Part shown: piece by piece, positions 36,888 through 45,971 of the stretch
Position numbering within the stretch: position 1 is the first letter of the stretch
How the letters are laid out: each line of letters begins with the position of its first letter
Source: Armatimonadota bacterium
Lineage (GTDB): Bacteria > Armatimonadota > SYMT01
NCBI GenBank assembly: GCA_041690135.1
Contig: JAWLHY010000003.1
Location: 416,001 to 480,000 of the forward strand
Reading direction: 5' to 3'
DNA: 64,000 bases
Notes under the pieces: generated by a model
What the model saw: the letters and a program-made list of their open reading frames with translations, nothing else
What the model was told of the DNA's origin: nothing
Database searches by the model: none
Translations under genes and position numbers: made by a program

Positions 36888-38348
36888 TCAACAAGATCGT
36901 CCCTGCTTGGGCAACTCCGCGCCGTAGAGGCAAAGCTTCTCCACCTCCCCGTCCGCGTTCAGGCCGAAGGTGACCTGCGTTTCCACACCCGCATTCCGGT
37001 TGTGGGCGGAGAAGGTGTCGTAGTGCCAGTGGGCGAGGAGGAAGCGGAAGCTGCTCCACCGCAGCACCAGCTCTTCGCCTTCCAGCGCCACTTCCGCTGT
37101 GCCGTAGGCGTCGTCGCGGTAGATGCCCGTGTAGGCGGCAAGTTCCCGTGACGGGCGCGTATCCCGGTGGCGCTTCGCTTCGCTTTCCGCTTTCCGCTCT
37201 CGCTCCTCGGCCTCGGCGCGGTCCTGGAGATCCTTGAGCAGGCCGTTCCAGTCCTTCGGCGGCAGCCCCAGGAGGAGGTCGAGCAGGGTATTGCGCAGGG
37301 CCTCGTGCATCCGCGTGGGGCCCGCGTTGACCAGCACTGCGATACCCAGGTTAAGCGAGGGCACCAGGCAGACGGTCGACCGGAACCCGTCGATGGCGCC
37401 GCCGTGGGAGAGCATCTTCCGGCCCCGGTAATCCCACACCATCCAGCCCATGGCGTAGCTTTGCTGGGTGGTTTCGGTCAACTCGAAGGTGAGCTCGTCC
37501 AGATCCCCTTCGACCCGGATAACGATCTGGGGGGTGTGGGTCTCCTTCAGGGACTCAGGAGAGACCAGCCGCTTTCCCTGGAAGCAGCCACCCTGAAGCT
37601 GCATCCGCATCCAGCGGCCGAGATCCGCTACCCCCGAATTGATCGATCCGCCCGGGCCTTCCGCATCCAGCTCCAACCAGGGGATCGGCGCCAGCACACC
37701 CGCCTCGTTCTTGCGGTGGGGGCTGGCGTGGTCCGGAGCGCGCTCAGCGTCCTCGGAGCGGAAGTTGGCCCCCGTCATCCCCAGGGGATCGAAGATGCGC
37801 GCCTGGACGAACTCCTCCCAGGTCCCGCCGGTGAGGGCGCCCACCACCAGTCCGGCGGCCATGAACATGATGTTATTGTATTGATACTTCGCGCGGAGTT
37901 GGACGGTGGGCTGAACATAGCCGATGCGTCGAACGATCTCCTCCCGGCTCCAGGCGGACTGGTACCAGAGCATGTCGTTGCGGGCCATGCCGGTGCGGTG
38001 GGTTACCAGGTCGCGGACCGTTACCTGGGCGTCGGCCAGCGGGTCGGCCAGCCGGAACCAGGGGAGGTGCTTCCGAACGGGGTCGTCCCAGGCCAGCTTC
38101 CCTTCGTCCACCAGCATGGCCAGCGCTGCCGTCGTGAACGCCTTGGTCGTGGAGGCGATCCCGAACAGGGTCTCCGGCGTTACGGGCTCTCCGGTGCGGA
38201 GATCTCGTACCCCGTGTCCCTGTACGTAGAACTCCTCGTCGCCGTGGACCACCGCCACCCCGGCGCCCGGAACTCCCCAGAACTCCAGTCCGGCCCGTAC
38301 TGCCGCCTCCAGCGCCGCCGCGTTGGGAGACTCGTTTCGCTCCTGCAT
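36888..38348 (-). CDS. Serine hydrolase, beta-lactamase family, with C-terminal DUF3471-like domain
   Basis: ASTTK (SxxK), YQYNN (YxN), HGG; Y.G.Y...YG C-terminal domain; no signal peptide. Confidence 0.88.
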   Translation of the reverse strand: MQERNESPNAAALEAAVRAGLEFWGVPGAGVAVVHGDEEFYVQGHGVRDLRTGEPVTPETLFGIASTTKAFTTAALAMLVDEGKLAWDDPVRKHLPWFRLADPLADAQVTVRDLVTHRTGMARNDMLWYQSAWSREEIVRRIGYVQPTVQLRAKYQYNNIMFMAAGLVVGALTGGTWEEFVQARIFDPLGMTGANFRSEDAERAPDHASPHRKNEAGVLAPIPWLELDAEGPGGSINSGVADLGRWMRMQLQGGCFQGKRLVSPESLKETHTPQIVIRVEGDLDELTFELTETTQQSYAMGWMVWDYRGRKMLSHGGAIDGFRSTVCLVPSLNLGIAVLVNAGPTRMHEALRNTLLDLLLGLPPKDWNGLLKDLQDRAEAEERERKAESEAKRHRDTRPSRELAAYTGIYRDDAYGTAEVALEGEELVLRWSSFRFLLAHWHYDTFSAHNRNAGVETQVTFGLNADGEVEKLCLYGAELPKQGRSC

Positions 38349-38855
38349 GGTATTTGCTCCTCCGCTAACCCTATAAGACCCGTTCACGCTAACGGCTCTC
38401 CGCTCCTACTCGCCCTGGGATGCCGGAGGTGGGGCATCGTGTTCGCGAGTTCCACAGTCGTTGCGGGTGCGGTACCGGGTGCATGGCGGTGTTTGGTCAC
38501 CGTGATTGCGAGCGCCATGTCCGGTACGGGCGCGAACCGTCACCAGGGGCGTACACGGGTTGCACCCGATGCGCGTACCGTGACCGACGGGCATCGCCCA
38601 CACCCAGGGGGAACCCGGCACCCGCCCTCTGCTACCCTCCGCCTCCCACTTCTTTCCTGGCACTCTCTGTGCTCTCCGTGAGCTCTGGGGTGAGATCGGT
38701 TCGGCTGGGGTTATGCCGCGCAAATTTGACTGTGGCTCCAGCTCTCAACCGCTTTGCGGCCGAGCGTGGGATCATCCTCTGGGTCCAGAGTGAAACCTAA
38801 TCACCTCTCCGGTGTCCCAACTCCACAGTTATTGGGCATGAGCAGGGGAGTGGCC

Positions 38856-41393
38856 GTGCGGCACGCGATCGTTCTGGCAGCATTCGTAACCATCCTGGGA
38901 GCGGCTCCGGCCGGGGCGAGCCTGCAGGTTAGCCCGCGTACCCTGGTTCTCGAGCGCCCGGAGGCCACGGAGCAGCTCCAGGTCCTCGCCCCCAAAGGGC
39001 CGGACCGCAGCCTCGACCTCACCCGCACCGTCCGCTACACCTCCAGCAACCCCCGTGTGGCGACGGTTTCCACCGCGGGCCGGGTGGAGCCGCGGGGAGA
39101 GGGACGGGCGGAGATCCGCATCAGCCACGGTAAGTTCCTCTTGAAGGTGCCGGTGGAGGTCAAGAGCCTCCAGCAGCCGGCGCCAATCTCCTTCGAGCGG
39201 GACGTGATCCCAATTCTGACCAAGGCGGGCTGCAACGGCGGAAGCTGCCACGGCAAGGCCGAGGGGAAGAACGGCTTCAAGCTCAGCGTCTTCGGTTTCG
39301 ATCCGGAAGCGGACTACGGGGACATCACGCGCCGCCCACCGGGGCGCCGGATCAACCCCGTACGCCCGGGCGCCAGCCTGCTCTTGCAGAAAGCGGTGGC
39401 CCAGGTGCCCCACGCGGGCGGCAAGCGATTCGATGAAAAGAGCTCCTCGTATCGCCTTCTCGCCCGGTGGATTGCGGAAGGAGCCCGCCTGACCGAGGCC
39501 GCTCCGCTGACCCGGATCGAGATCTCGCCGCGGCGCCAGACGCTCGGACCGAAGGGCGTGCAGCAGATCCGCGTGATCGCGGTCGATGCCGACGGCCGGA
39601 AACGGTGCGTCACCGCGGAGGCGGAGTACGAATCGAACGCGGGTGTCATCGCCGAGGTGGACCGCGAGGGCTGGGTGCAGGCCTCGGGCATCCCCGGCGA
39701 GGCGGCGGTGCTGGTCCGCTATCAGGGGCAGGTCGCAGTCTGCCGGATCACCGTCCCCCAGCCTGGGGTCGCGTTCCGCCGTCCCGCCGAGACCAACTTC
39801 ATCGATACGCTGGTCTGGAACAAGCTCCAGCACCTCGGCATCCCGCCCAGCGAGCCGGCTAGCGATGCCGAGTTCCTCCGCCGCGCCTACCTGGACACCA
39901 TTGGGACACTGCCTACCGCAGCCGAGACGCGTGCCTTTCTACAAGAGTGCGACGCGGAGCGCCAGGCGGGTGCCGCGAACAACGCGCAGGGGGGCGAGGG
40001 CACCGGGAGCAAGGGAAAGAGCAACAACGCACAGCCCCTTCCTACTCCTACTCCTAATGGCTCTACGGCGCCCATTCAACCCGCGCCCGCTCTGAAAACC
40101 CGCGCTCGCCTGATCGACCAACTCCTGAACCGTCCCGAATACGCCGATTACTGGGCGATGCGCTGGGCCGACCTGCTGCGGGTCGATAAGGAAGTGGTGG
40201 GGCACCAGGCCACGGTGGCGTTCACGCGGTGGCTGCGGCGGCAATTCGCGGAGAATCGTCCCTACGACCAGTTTGCCCGGGAGATCCTCACGGCCCGCGG
40301 GGAATTGACGACGGAAGGCCCGGCGGCACTCTACCGGGTGCTGGAGAAGCCGGAAGAGGCGAGCCGCTCCCTCAGTCAGCTCTTTCTCGGTGTGCGGATC
40401 GAGTGCGCGCAGTGCCACCACCACCCTTCCGAACGGTGGGGGCAGGACGACTACTTCGCCTTCGCGGGGTTTTTCACTGGGATCGCCCGCAAGAAGGTGC
40501 CGGGTGGAGGAGAGGCGATTGTCGTCAAGAACGGGACCAACCTGAAGCACCCCCGTTCGGGCGAGGAAGTGCCGGTGCGGGCGCTCGGCGCCCCGGCGGC
40601 GGAGGTGGCGGCGGGCGCCGATCGCCGTGTCGCCCTGGCGGATTGGCTGCTCTCACCAGAGAACCCCTACTTCGCGCGGGTGATCGCCAACCGGCTCTGG
40701 GCGCACTACTTTGGCCGGGGGCTGGTGGAGCCGATCGATGACTTCCGCGCCACCAACCCGGCCGTGAACGAGCCCTTGCTCGACGCCCTGGCGAAACACC
40801 TGCGGGAGCTAAACTACGACCTCAAGGCGTTCACACGCACGCTGCTCACTTCGCAGGTCTACGCCCTCAGCACGCGGACGCATCCCCAGAACGCCAACGA
40901 CGCGCAGAACTTCTCCCATGCTTCCTACCGCGCGCTGCCCGCGGAGGTGCTGCTGGACGCCATCTGCCAGGCGACCGGCATCCCGGAGCAGTTCTCGGGC
41001 TGGCCCACGGGTTACCGGGCGATCCAGGTGTGGGACAACCGCATCCCCTCCTACTTCTTCCGGATCTTCGGGAAGCCGGTCCGCGCCAGCGTGTGCGAGT
41101 GCGAGCGGAGCAGCGAGCCGAGCATCGCCCAGGCGCTGCACCTGATGAACTCCCCGGAGATCGACGCGAAGATCCGGGCGCGCGAGGGCACGGCCCGCCG
41201 GCTTGCGGAGAGCGATCTATCGCCGGACCGCATCATTGAGGAACTGTTTCTGGGGACCCTCTCCCGCTTCCCCACGCTCAAGGAACGGGAGGCGATGACC
41301 ACCATTTTCCAGGAAGCGGGCAACCGCCGCGCGGGCACGGAAGACGTGCTCTGGGCGCTGCTTAATTCCCGCGAGTTTGTCTTCAACCACTGA
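38856..41393 (+). CDS. DUF1549/DUF1553 (PSD1) protein with Ig-like domains and heme-c-type motifs
   Basis: Signal peptide; GCNGGSCHG; FLRRAYLDTIG.LPT; CAQCHHHP; NRLWAHYFGRGLVEP.DD; CECER; ends EFVFNH. Start may be ATG 38838. Confidence 0.9.
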   Translation: MRHAIVLAAFVTILGAAPAGASLQVSPRTLVLERPEATEQLQVLAPKGPDRSLDLTRTVRYTSSNPRVATVSTAGRVEPRGEGRAEIRISHGKFLLKVPVEVKSLQQPAPISFERDVIPILTKAGCNGGSCHGKAEGKNGFKLSVFGFDPEADYGDITRRPPGRRINPVRPGASLLLQKAVAQVPHAGGKRFDEKSSSYRLLARWIAEGARLTEAAPLTRIEISPRRQTLGPKGVQQIRVIAVDADGRKRCVTAEAEYESNAGVIAEVDREGWVQASGIPGEAAVLVRYQGQVAVCRITVPQPGVAFRRPAETNFIDTLVWNKLQHLGIPPSEPASDAEFLRRAYLDTIGTLPTAAETRAFLQECDAERQAGAANNAQGGEGTGSKGKSNNAQPLPTPTPNGSTAPIQPAPALKTRARLIDQLLNRPEYADYWAMRWADLLRVDKEVVGHQATVAFTRWLRRQFAENRPYDQFAREILTARGELTTEGPAALYRVLEKPEEASRSLSQLFLGVRIECAQCHHHPSERWGQDDYFAFAGFFTGIARKKVPGGGEAIVVKNGTNLKHPRSGEEVPVRALGAPAAEVAAGADRRVALADWLLSPENPYFARVIANRLWAHYFGRGLVEPIDDFRATNPAVNEPLLDALAKHLRELNYDLKAFTRTLLTSQVYALSTRTHPQNANDAQNFSHASYRALPAEVLLDAICQATGIPEQFSGWPTGYRAIQVWDNRIPSYFFRIFGKPVRASVCECERSSEPSIAQALHLMNSPEIDAKIRAREGTARRLAESDLSPDRIIEELFLGTLSRFPTLKEREAMTTIFQEAGNRRAGTEDVLWALLNSREFVFNH

Positions 41394-41406
41394 AGCGAGG
41401 GACGCC

Positions 41407-42765
41407 ATGTCGAGAGTTGGCCGGGGAATCTATCGCAACTGCAACGGCGTAACGCGGCGGGAGGCGCTGCGGATCGGCGCTTCCGGAATGCTCGGGGGGC
41501 TCAGCCTGCCGCTGCTGCTGCAGTTGCAGGCGGAAGCCGCGGCGCCGTCGGCGATCAAGAGCGCGGGCAAGGCGAAGGCGTGCATCTTCCTCTTCCTGGA
41601 GGGCGGTCCGAGCACCATCGACATGTGGGACATGAAGCCGGACGCTCCCGAGGAGATCCGCGGGCCGTGGAAGCCGATGAAAACCAACGTCCCCGGCATC
41701 GAGATCGGCGAACTGCTCCCGCACTGCGCGAAGGTGGCGGACAAGTACGCCATCCTGCGGAGCCACAGCCATAACGACAACGGCCACAGCACGGGCTATC
41801 ACTACGTCGTTACGGGCTGGAAGGCGGCCTTCGCCGACGGGGCCAGCCAGCAGGTGCCGAACAATACCCTCTATCCCTCCATCGGCTCCGTCGTCGCCCG
41901 GGAGTTGGGGCCGCGCAGCCCAGTGCCGGTCTACGTAAACATGCCGAACCCGATGCAGGCGGGCGGGCCGGGGTTTCTTGGGGCGGAATACGCGCCGTTC
42001 GTGCTGGAGACCGATCCGGTGCAGCCGGATTTCGAGGTGAAGGATCTCCGTCTGGCGGACAGCGTCGACCGCGCGCGGTTCGAGCGCCGACGTCGTGCCC
42101 TCGGCCAGATCGGGCCGCAGGGCAAAGCGGGCGGCGCCGCGGCGGAGCGGGCCGGAGCCCTTTCCAAGTACTACGAGCGCGCCTACGACCTGATCACGGC
42201 GCCGGAAGCCCGGAAGGCGTTCGACATCCAGTCCGAGCCGGCGAAGCTGCGCGAGGCCTACGGCTACACCTCGCTCGGCCAGTGCGCCCTCCTGGCGCGC
42301 CGGTTGGTGGAGTCCGGCTGCCGGTTCATCGGTATCGACCACGGAAGCTGGGACACCCACTTCAGCCAGTTCCCCAGCCTGGAGCACGACCTCATCCCCC
42401 ACGCCGATCGCGCTTTCAGCGCCCTGGTGACGGACCTCGACCAGCGTGGCCTGCTGGATGAGACGCTGGTGGTGATGATGGGCGAGATGGGCCGCACCCC
42501 CAAGATCAACCCACAGGGTGGCCGCGACCACTGGTCGATGGCCCAGAGCGTCCTGTTCGCGGGCGGCGGAGTGAAGGGCGGACAGGTGGTCGGCGCCACC
42601 GACAAGACGGCCTCCGAGCCGGTGACCGAGCCGTACGGCGTGGAAGATATCCTGCACACGATGTTCCACCAGATGGGGATCGACAGCACGAAGAATTATC
42701 TCACCCCCCTCGGCCGCCCGGTCCCGATCGTCAACGGTGGGAAGTTAGTCAAGGGGTTGGTTTAG
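41407..42765 (+). CDS. DUF1501 domain protein
   Basis: TRREALRIG; FLEGGPS.ID.WD.KP; LLARRLVESG; WDTH; GE.GRTP..N..GGRDHW. Confidence 0.92.
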   Translation: MSRVGRGIYRNCNGVTRREALRIGASGMLGGLSLPLLLQLQAEAAAPSAIKSAGKAKACIFLFLEGGPSTIDMWDMKPDAPEEIRGPWKPMKTNVPGIEIGELLPHCAKVADKYAILRSHSHNDNGHSTGYHYVVTGWKAAFADGASQQVPNNTLYPSIGSVVARELGPRSPVPVYVNMPNPMQAGGPGFLGAEYAPFVLETDPVQPDFEVKDLRLADSVDRARFERRRRALGQIGPQGKAGGAAAERAGALSKYYERAYDLITAPEARKAFDIQSEPAKLREAYGYTSLGQCALLARRLVESGCRFIGIDHGSWDTHFSQFPSLEHDLIPHADRAFSALVTDLDQRGLLDETLVVMMGEMGRTPKINPQGGRDHWSMAQSVLFAGGGVKGGQVVGATDKTASEPVTEPYGVEDILHTMFHQMGIDSTKNYLTPLGRPVPIVNGGKLVKGLV

Positions 42766-42834
42766 GTCGGAGTATTGACATCTTTCCAATCTGTGTCATC
42801 TGTGGACTCCTCTTCCCCGTGCGGAGCGTTATCC

Positions 42835-45204
42835 ATGGCCCGAGTAACCTCAACCATCCTCCTCGCACTGGTCGTCGGCTCCCCGGCCGCGGCGCAGAAG
42901 GCCCCCGAGGTCGGCTACGTGTACCCTCCGGGCGGGCGCGCGGGGACGACAGTGGAGGTCCACCTGGGCGGTTATGACTGGACCCCCGACCTGCAGTACT
43001 TCGTGCATCACCCGGGCGTCAAACTGGAGATTGCCGGGCCGCTCACCCCGATCTTCCTCACGCCGCCGCCGTACTGGTCCGGCCCCAAGGTCTATGCCAA
43101 CGCCCTCCCGATCCCGCGGGAGCGGCCCGCCCGCCTCACCCTGCCCGCCGATTTACCTCCCGGTCCGATCCGCTGGCAGGTGGCCAACGCCAACGGCGGC
43201 AGCAGCGCCGGCGTGTTCTGGGTGGGGAACGGCACGGAAGTTCTGGAAGAGCCGCACCGCCGCGAGCCCCAGGCGCTTCCCGCCCTTCCACTCACGGTGA
43301 ACGGGCGGGTCAGCCGGATCTCCGAGGTGGACCGCTACCGGTTCTCCGTGCCGAAGTCGGGACCGGTCACCTGCGCGCTCTTCGCCCGCCGCCTCGGCTC
43401 GGACTTCAATGGGGTCCTGGAAGTGCGAGACTCTCGTGGCCGCGTCGTCGCCGACGCGGCCGATACGGAAGGCCGGGATGAGAGCCTCACCTTCGCGGCG
43501 CAGGCGGGAGAGGAATACGTGGTCGGCGTTCACGATCTCGATTTCAACGGCGACCGCGCCTTCGTCTACCGCCTGGAATTGAGCCCCGGCCCGCGGGTGG
43601 TAGCCGCCTTCCCGGCGGCCGGCCGGCGCGGCGAGACCCGCGAGGTGGAGTTCCTGGGCATCGGCGTGGCGACAGGCGCTCCGAAGCTGGAAAGCGTGAA
43701 GCGGTCCGTGTCCTTCCCGCGCGAAGGGGAGACCTTCTCCTACCGGCTGGAGACGCCGCACGGTAGCGCCCCGGCGTTCCCCCTGGAACTCGGCGACCTT
43801 CCGGAGACAGTGGAAGGGGAGAAAGGACCCGCGCAGCCGCTGTCGCTTCCCACGGCGGTGACCGGGTCTCTCGAGCAAGCGGGCGAGACGGACCGCTACT
43901 CCTGCGAGTTGAAGAAGGGGGAGCGGATCTCCCTCGCTCTCCAGGCGCGCCGGATCGGTTCGCCGCTCGACGTGGGCCTGGCGGTGCTGGCTCCGGACGG
44001 CAAGGAACTGGCACGGGGCGACGACCTGCCGGATACCACGGACACCGCCCTGGAGTTCGTGGCCCCCGCCGACGGCACGTACACCCTGGCGGTCTCGGAG
44101 ATGGGGGCGAGAAGCGGCTCCCGCACCGCGAGCTATCGCCTTGTCGCGGAACGGGCGACCCCGGGTTTTCACCTGGAAGTGACGCAGCGCCTCAACGTTC
44201 TCCTGGGCGCCAAGGCGGAGCTGGTGGTGAAGGCGAAGCGGCTCGGCGGCTTCGACGCTCCCATCCCCCTCCGGATCGCCGGTCTCCCAGAAGGCATCTC
44301 CGTGACCGGGGAGCCGGTGATCCCGCAGGGCAAGACCGAGGTCAAGATCTCCCTGCAGGCCGCCGCCGATGCCGCGGCCCTGGCCTCACTGGTCACGGTC
44401 ACCGGCGCGGCCACCCTCGACGGTCGGACCCTGACCGTCACCGCGACCGCACCTGCTGGAGGCAGCCTGGCCGCCCGTGCCCCGGAAGAGAATGCCCTAC
44501 CTTCGGTGCTGGTCTCCAGCATCATGAAGCCGCGCTGGAAGGTCTCCCCCGTGGACAAAGACGGCGGCCGGACCGTCCACCGCGGCACTACCTACCCGGC
44601 TGAGGTGATCATCGAGCGGACCGACGGCTTCACGGGTCCGCTGGAATTGCAGATGGCGGCGCAGCAGGCCCGCCACCGCATGGGCATCTGGGGTCCGGAT
44701 CTCCCCGTGGCCGCCGGCGTGACGCGGACCCACTATCCCTGCTTCATGCCGGAGTGGCTGGACACGACCCGCACCTCGCGCATGATCCTTATCGCGGTGG
44801 GCAAAGTGGCGGATCCGAAGGGTAACGTGCGGTACCTGGTCGCGCCGGGAGATGGCCGCATCACCATGTCCATGGAAGGGGCGCTTCTCAAGGTCAGCCA
44901 CGAGGCCGGCGAGATGAGCGTGCGGCCCGGCGACTCCATTGAGGTTCCGGTCAAGATCGCGCGGTCCGCCAAGCTGCCGGAAGCGGTGCGCCTGGAGCTG
45001 CGCCTCCCCGAAGGCATGGACGGGATGCTCAGCGCGGAGCCGCTGGTCCTCCCGCCCGACCGCGATGCCGCAAAGGTGAAGATCGCCGTCGGTAAGAACC
45101 TCAACCTCAAAGGCGCCGTCCCGTTGACGATCCGCGCCACCGCCATGCAGAACGGCAAGCTCCCCGTCATCTCCGAAACCACCGTCGAGGTATACTTCCC
45201 GTAA
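42835..45204 (+). CDS. PPC-domain-containing exported protein (partner of DUF1501/DUF1549)
   Basis: Signal peptide; YVYP.GG.AGTTVEV; repeated D.Y.F....G....ARRLGS..D domains. Confidence 0.75.
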   Translation: MARVTSTILLALVVGSPAAAQKAPEVGYVYPPGGRAGTTVEVHLGGYDWTPDLQYFVHHPGVKLEIAGPLTPIFLTPPPYWSGPKVYANALPIPRERPARLTLPADLPPGPIRWQVANANGGSSAGVFWVGNGTEVLEEPHRREPQALPALPLTVNGRVSRISEVDRYRFSVPKSGPVTCALFARRLGSDFNGVLEVRDSRGRVVADAADTEGRDESLTFAAQAGEEYVVGVHDLDFNGDRAFVYRLELSPGPRVVAAFPAAGRRGETREVEFLGIGVATGAPKLESVKRSVSFPREGETFSYRLETPHGSAPAFPLELGDLPETVEGEKGPAQPLSLPTAVTGSLEQAGETDRYSCELKKGERISLALQARRIGSPLDVGLAVLAPDGKELARGDDLPDTTDTALEFVAPADGTYTLAVSEMGARSGSRTASYRLVAERATPGFHLEVTQRLNVLLGAKAELVVKAKRLGGFDAPIPLRIAGLPEGISVTGEPVIPQGKTEVKISLQAAADAAALASLVTVTGAATLDGRTLTVTATAPAGGSLAARAPEENALPSVLVSSIMKPRWKVSPVDKDGGRTVHRGTTYPAEVIIERTDGFTGPLELQMAAQQARHRMGIWGPDLPVAAGVTRTHYPCFMPEWLDTTRTSRMILIAVGKVADPKGNVRYLVAPGDGRITMSMEGALLKVSHEAGEMSVRPGDSIEVPVKIARSAKLPEAVRLELRLPEGMDGMLSAEPLVLPPDRDAAKVKIAVGKNLNLKGAVPLTIRATAMQNGKLPVISETTVEVYFP

Positions 45205-45292
45205 TCCCCAGGATTGCGGCCTGGCGATAAAGGCGCGGAAGTTCGCACCCTATCTCGGTGAGCAGAACCAGTTGCTGGTGCGGACCCTCCCT

Positions 45293-45346
45293 ATCCTGAT
45301 CCTCATCTTCATTCTGATCTTTATCGTTCTCTTTTTCCTTATCTTC
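45293..45346 (+). repeat. Degenerate hexamer tandem repeat (9 units, consensus ATCYTY)
   Basis: atcctg atcctc atcttc attctg atcttt atcgtt ctcttt ttcctt atcttc, directly before ATG 45348. Confidence 0.75.
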
Positions 45347-45347
45347 C

Positions 45348-45926
45348 ATGCGCTCCCTTGTCATCTCCAGCAGCCTGGATGCGTCGAGCCGCAGCGAATA
45401 TCTGGCGCGGGAGTATGCCTCCGCATTGACCGACCGGGGCGTGGACGTACAGTTCCTCTCCCTGAAGGATCATTCGCTCCCGCGCTTCGACAACAGCGAC
45501 GACATCCTGTCTGATCCCACTTATCGCGTGCTCCACGAGGCAGCAACCTGGGCCGATGGTCTGGTGCTCGCGAGCCCGGTCTACAACTGGGACTGCTGCG
45601 CGGAGCTCAAGCGCTTTGTGGAGGTGGTTGGGACGACGCCGCCGGACGGCTCGGCCCGGAGCCCCTTCTTCGACAAGATCGTCACCTTCGTGAATGCCGC
45701 GGGGTTACCTCACAGCTACATGGCGTTCGCTCCCCTGGCCATCTCGATGCTGCTCGACTTCAAGTGCATCCTCAACCCCTATCACATCTACGTTCACAAT
45801 CGCCACTGGTCCGGCGACACCCTCGGCAGCGAGGCCCTGGCTCGCATCGGCAAGTCCGCGGGCGTGAAAGTCGAGCTCCTGCGCTGCCTGGCGGAGCGCA
45901 GCTACCGCTCCGAGTGGGAAGTCTGA
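45348..45926 (+). CDS. NADPH-dependent FMN reductase (flavodoxin-like, SsuE family)
   Basis: ISSSL...SRS; ADGLVLASPVYN; LK.F. Confidence 0.8.
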   Translation: MRSLVISSSLDASSRSEYLAREYASALTDRGVDVQFLSLKDHSLPRFDNSDDILSDPTYRVLHEAATWADGLVLASPVYNWDCCAELKRFVEVVGTTPPDGSARSPFFDKIVTFVNAAGLPHSYMAFAPLAISMLLDFKCILNPYHIYVHNRHWSGDTLGSEALARIGKSAGVKVELLRCLAERSYRSEWEV

Positions 45927-45971
45927 AGGGGATGCCCAACAGGTAGGGACGGGACACCCGCAGGTGGGTTC

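Noticed and set aside
36888-38348. Antibiotic-resistance beta-lactamase
   Set aside because: It has no signal peptide and an extra C-terminal domain, which fits the broad esterase/peptidase branch. Resistance is unsupported.
45272-45514. 80-aa ORF with a hydrophobic ILILIFILIFIV stretch resembling a membrane peptide
   Set aside because: The hydrophobic run is just the translation of the ATCYTY hexamer repeat, and the ORF overlaps the FMN reductase.
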